Source: a virus
Lineage: Duplodnaviria > Caudoviricetes
Virus record (IMG/VR): IMGVR_UViG_3300044259_000245
Coordinates: 1-37,170 of that record
Direction: 5' to 3' (one strand)
Length of the DNA: 37,170 nt
The notes under the pieces were generated by a model, which was not told the origin of the DNA, ran no database searches, and was given only the letters and a program-made list of their open reading frames with translations. Positions 36,448 to 37,170 of the stretch are shown here, one piece after another. Positions within the stretch are counted from its first letter, which is position 1, and the number at the start of each line of letters is the position of its first letter. The position numbers and the translations under genes were made by a program.

Positions 36448-37170
36448 TTACAAAGGAAAAGAAAATTCTATTTTTTTATATTGATGTTGGTTTATTAATG
36501 CAGGTTTTGTAGATTTAAAAAGAGCTAGAAAAGTTTTGGCCTCAACTGAATCTTTATTAGGATAAATATGATCTTTAATGAAAGGATAGAGTGAGACACC
36601 TGCATTCAAAGCAAATGGCACATAATTGATAAAAATATCTTCTTTTAAAAATCCAGCCTGATTAGCAGCAATCTCAAATGCATCAGCATTTAAGTAAGAA
36701 CGCATGCGCTCCCTGATTTCAGGGTTCAGTCTTGATTCCTGTTTTGGAAGAGACAACATTACCTCTATATCTCCCCATGAAATGGGAACTTCGAAAAAAC
36801 CAGCGCCATCCTCTTCTGGTGCTGCAGGAAAATTGACATAAAAATAATTCTTGGGCTGTGTAGGATCGTTCATTATCTGACGATGATAATTATAAATGGT
36901 CCTTATGCGGTTTGCTTTATTATGATGCCGTGCATTTCTGATAACTAAAATTGTTAATAACTCTGGCACCATATACCAATTAGGTTCTATATGGTTATGA
37001 GCCATACTGTCATAAAGATTATGAAAAGCGTTGAGCTGTGTATTTAAACCTGATTCCAAATTACCTATCGCTTCAGCCCGGTCAACAGTTAATAACCGTT
37101 GAAACGACCAGTTAGACTCTATGAGAACACGAAAAGCTTGTGCAAGATCTTCAAAAGAATGAGACAACAT
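36448..37170 (-). CDS. AT-rich moron with an RxxxxH (HEPN-like) motif
   Basis: 240-aa ORF convergent with ogr, containing IRNARHH in a helical context. The start is at the window edge and could extend further. Confidence 0.7.
   Translation of the reverse strand: MLSHSFEDLAQAFRVLIESNWSFQRLLTVDRAEAIGNLESGLNTQLNAFHNLYDSMAHNHIEPNWYMVPELLTILVIRNARHHNKANRIRTIYNYHRQIMNDPTQPKNYFYVNFPAAPEEDGAGFFEVPISWGDIEVMLSLPKQESRLNPEIRERMRSYLNADAFEIAANQAGFLKEDIFINYVPFALNAGVSLYPFIKDHIYPNKDSVEAKTFLALFKSTKPALINQHQYKKIEFSFPL

Larger units (their letters stand above)
1641..37170. mobile_element. P2/186-like prophage (right junction beyond the window)
   Basis: Syntenic int-cI-cox-cII-B-A-cos-QPONML-lysis-tail-ogr gene set, with P2-type ori and cos sequences. 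Confidence 0.97.

Overview
Nearly the whole window (from about 1641 to beyond the right edge) is a P2/186-like (Peduoviridae-type) prophage of an enterobacterium. Its left junction is a displaced copy of the last codons of rplS (…ERLN*) followed by a terminator, so the integration site is inferred to be the rplS 3' end. Gene order is canonical: int, a 186-type cI/cox/cII switch, B, orf80-82, A with its ori, a tum-like gene, cos, Q-P/O-N-M-L-X, lysis genes, R-S, V-W-J-I-H, FI-FII-E/E'-T-U-D, ogr. The accessory slots are unusually rich. (1) A TGT/DpdA-like protein sits where relatives often carry a DNA methyltransferase. (2) A HipA-like kinase plus a HipS-like/HIRAN partner lies behind a near-consensus LexA box in the cos-portal hotspot. 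(3) A C4-type antisense RNA with visible complementarity to the RBS of an ORF6N antirepressor lies in the tail region. (4) An RxxxxH (HEPN-like) moron follows ogr. (5) There are AT-rich membrane and lipoprotein morons, a double-HTH repressor, and an orphan GATC/OxyR-like site where gene G should be. The portal gene has an in-frame amber codon 14 codons before its natural stop. Two exported-protein genes lie left of the att site. All family calls come from motif recognition and synteny, not from database searches.
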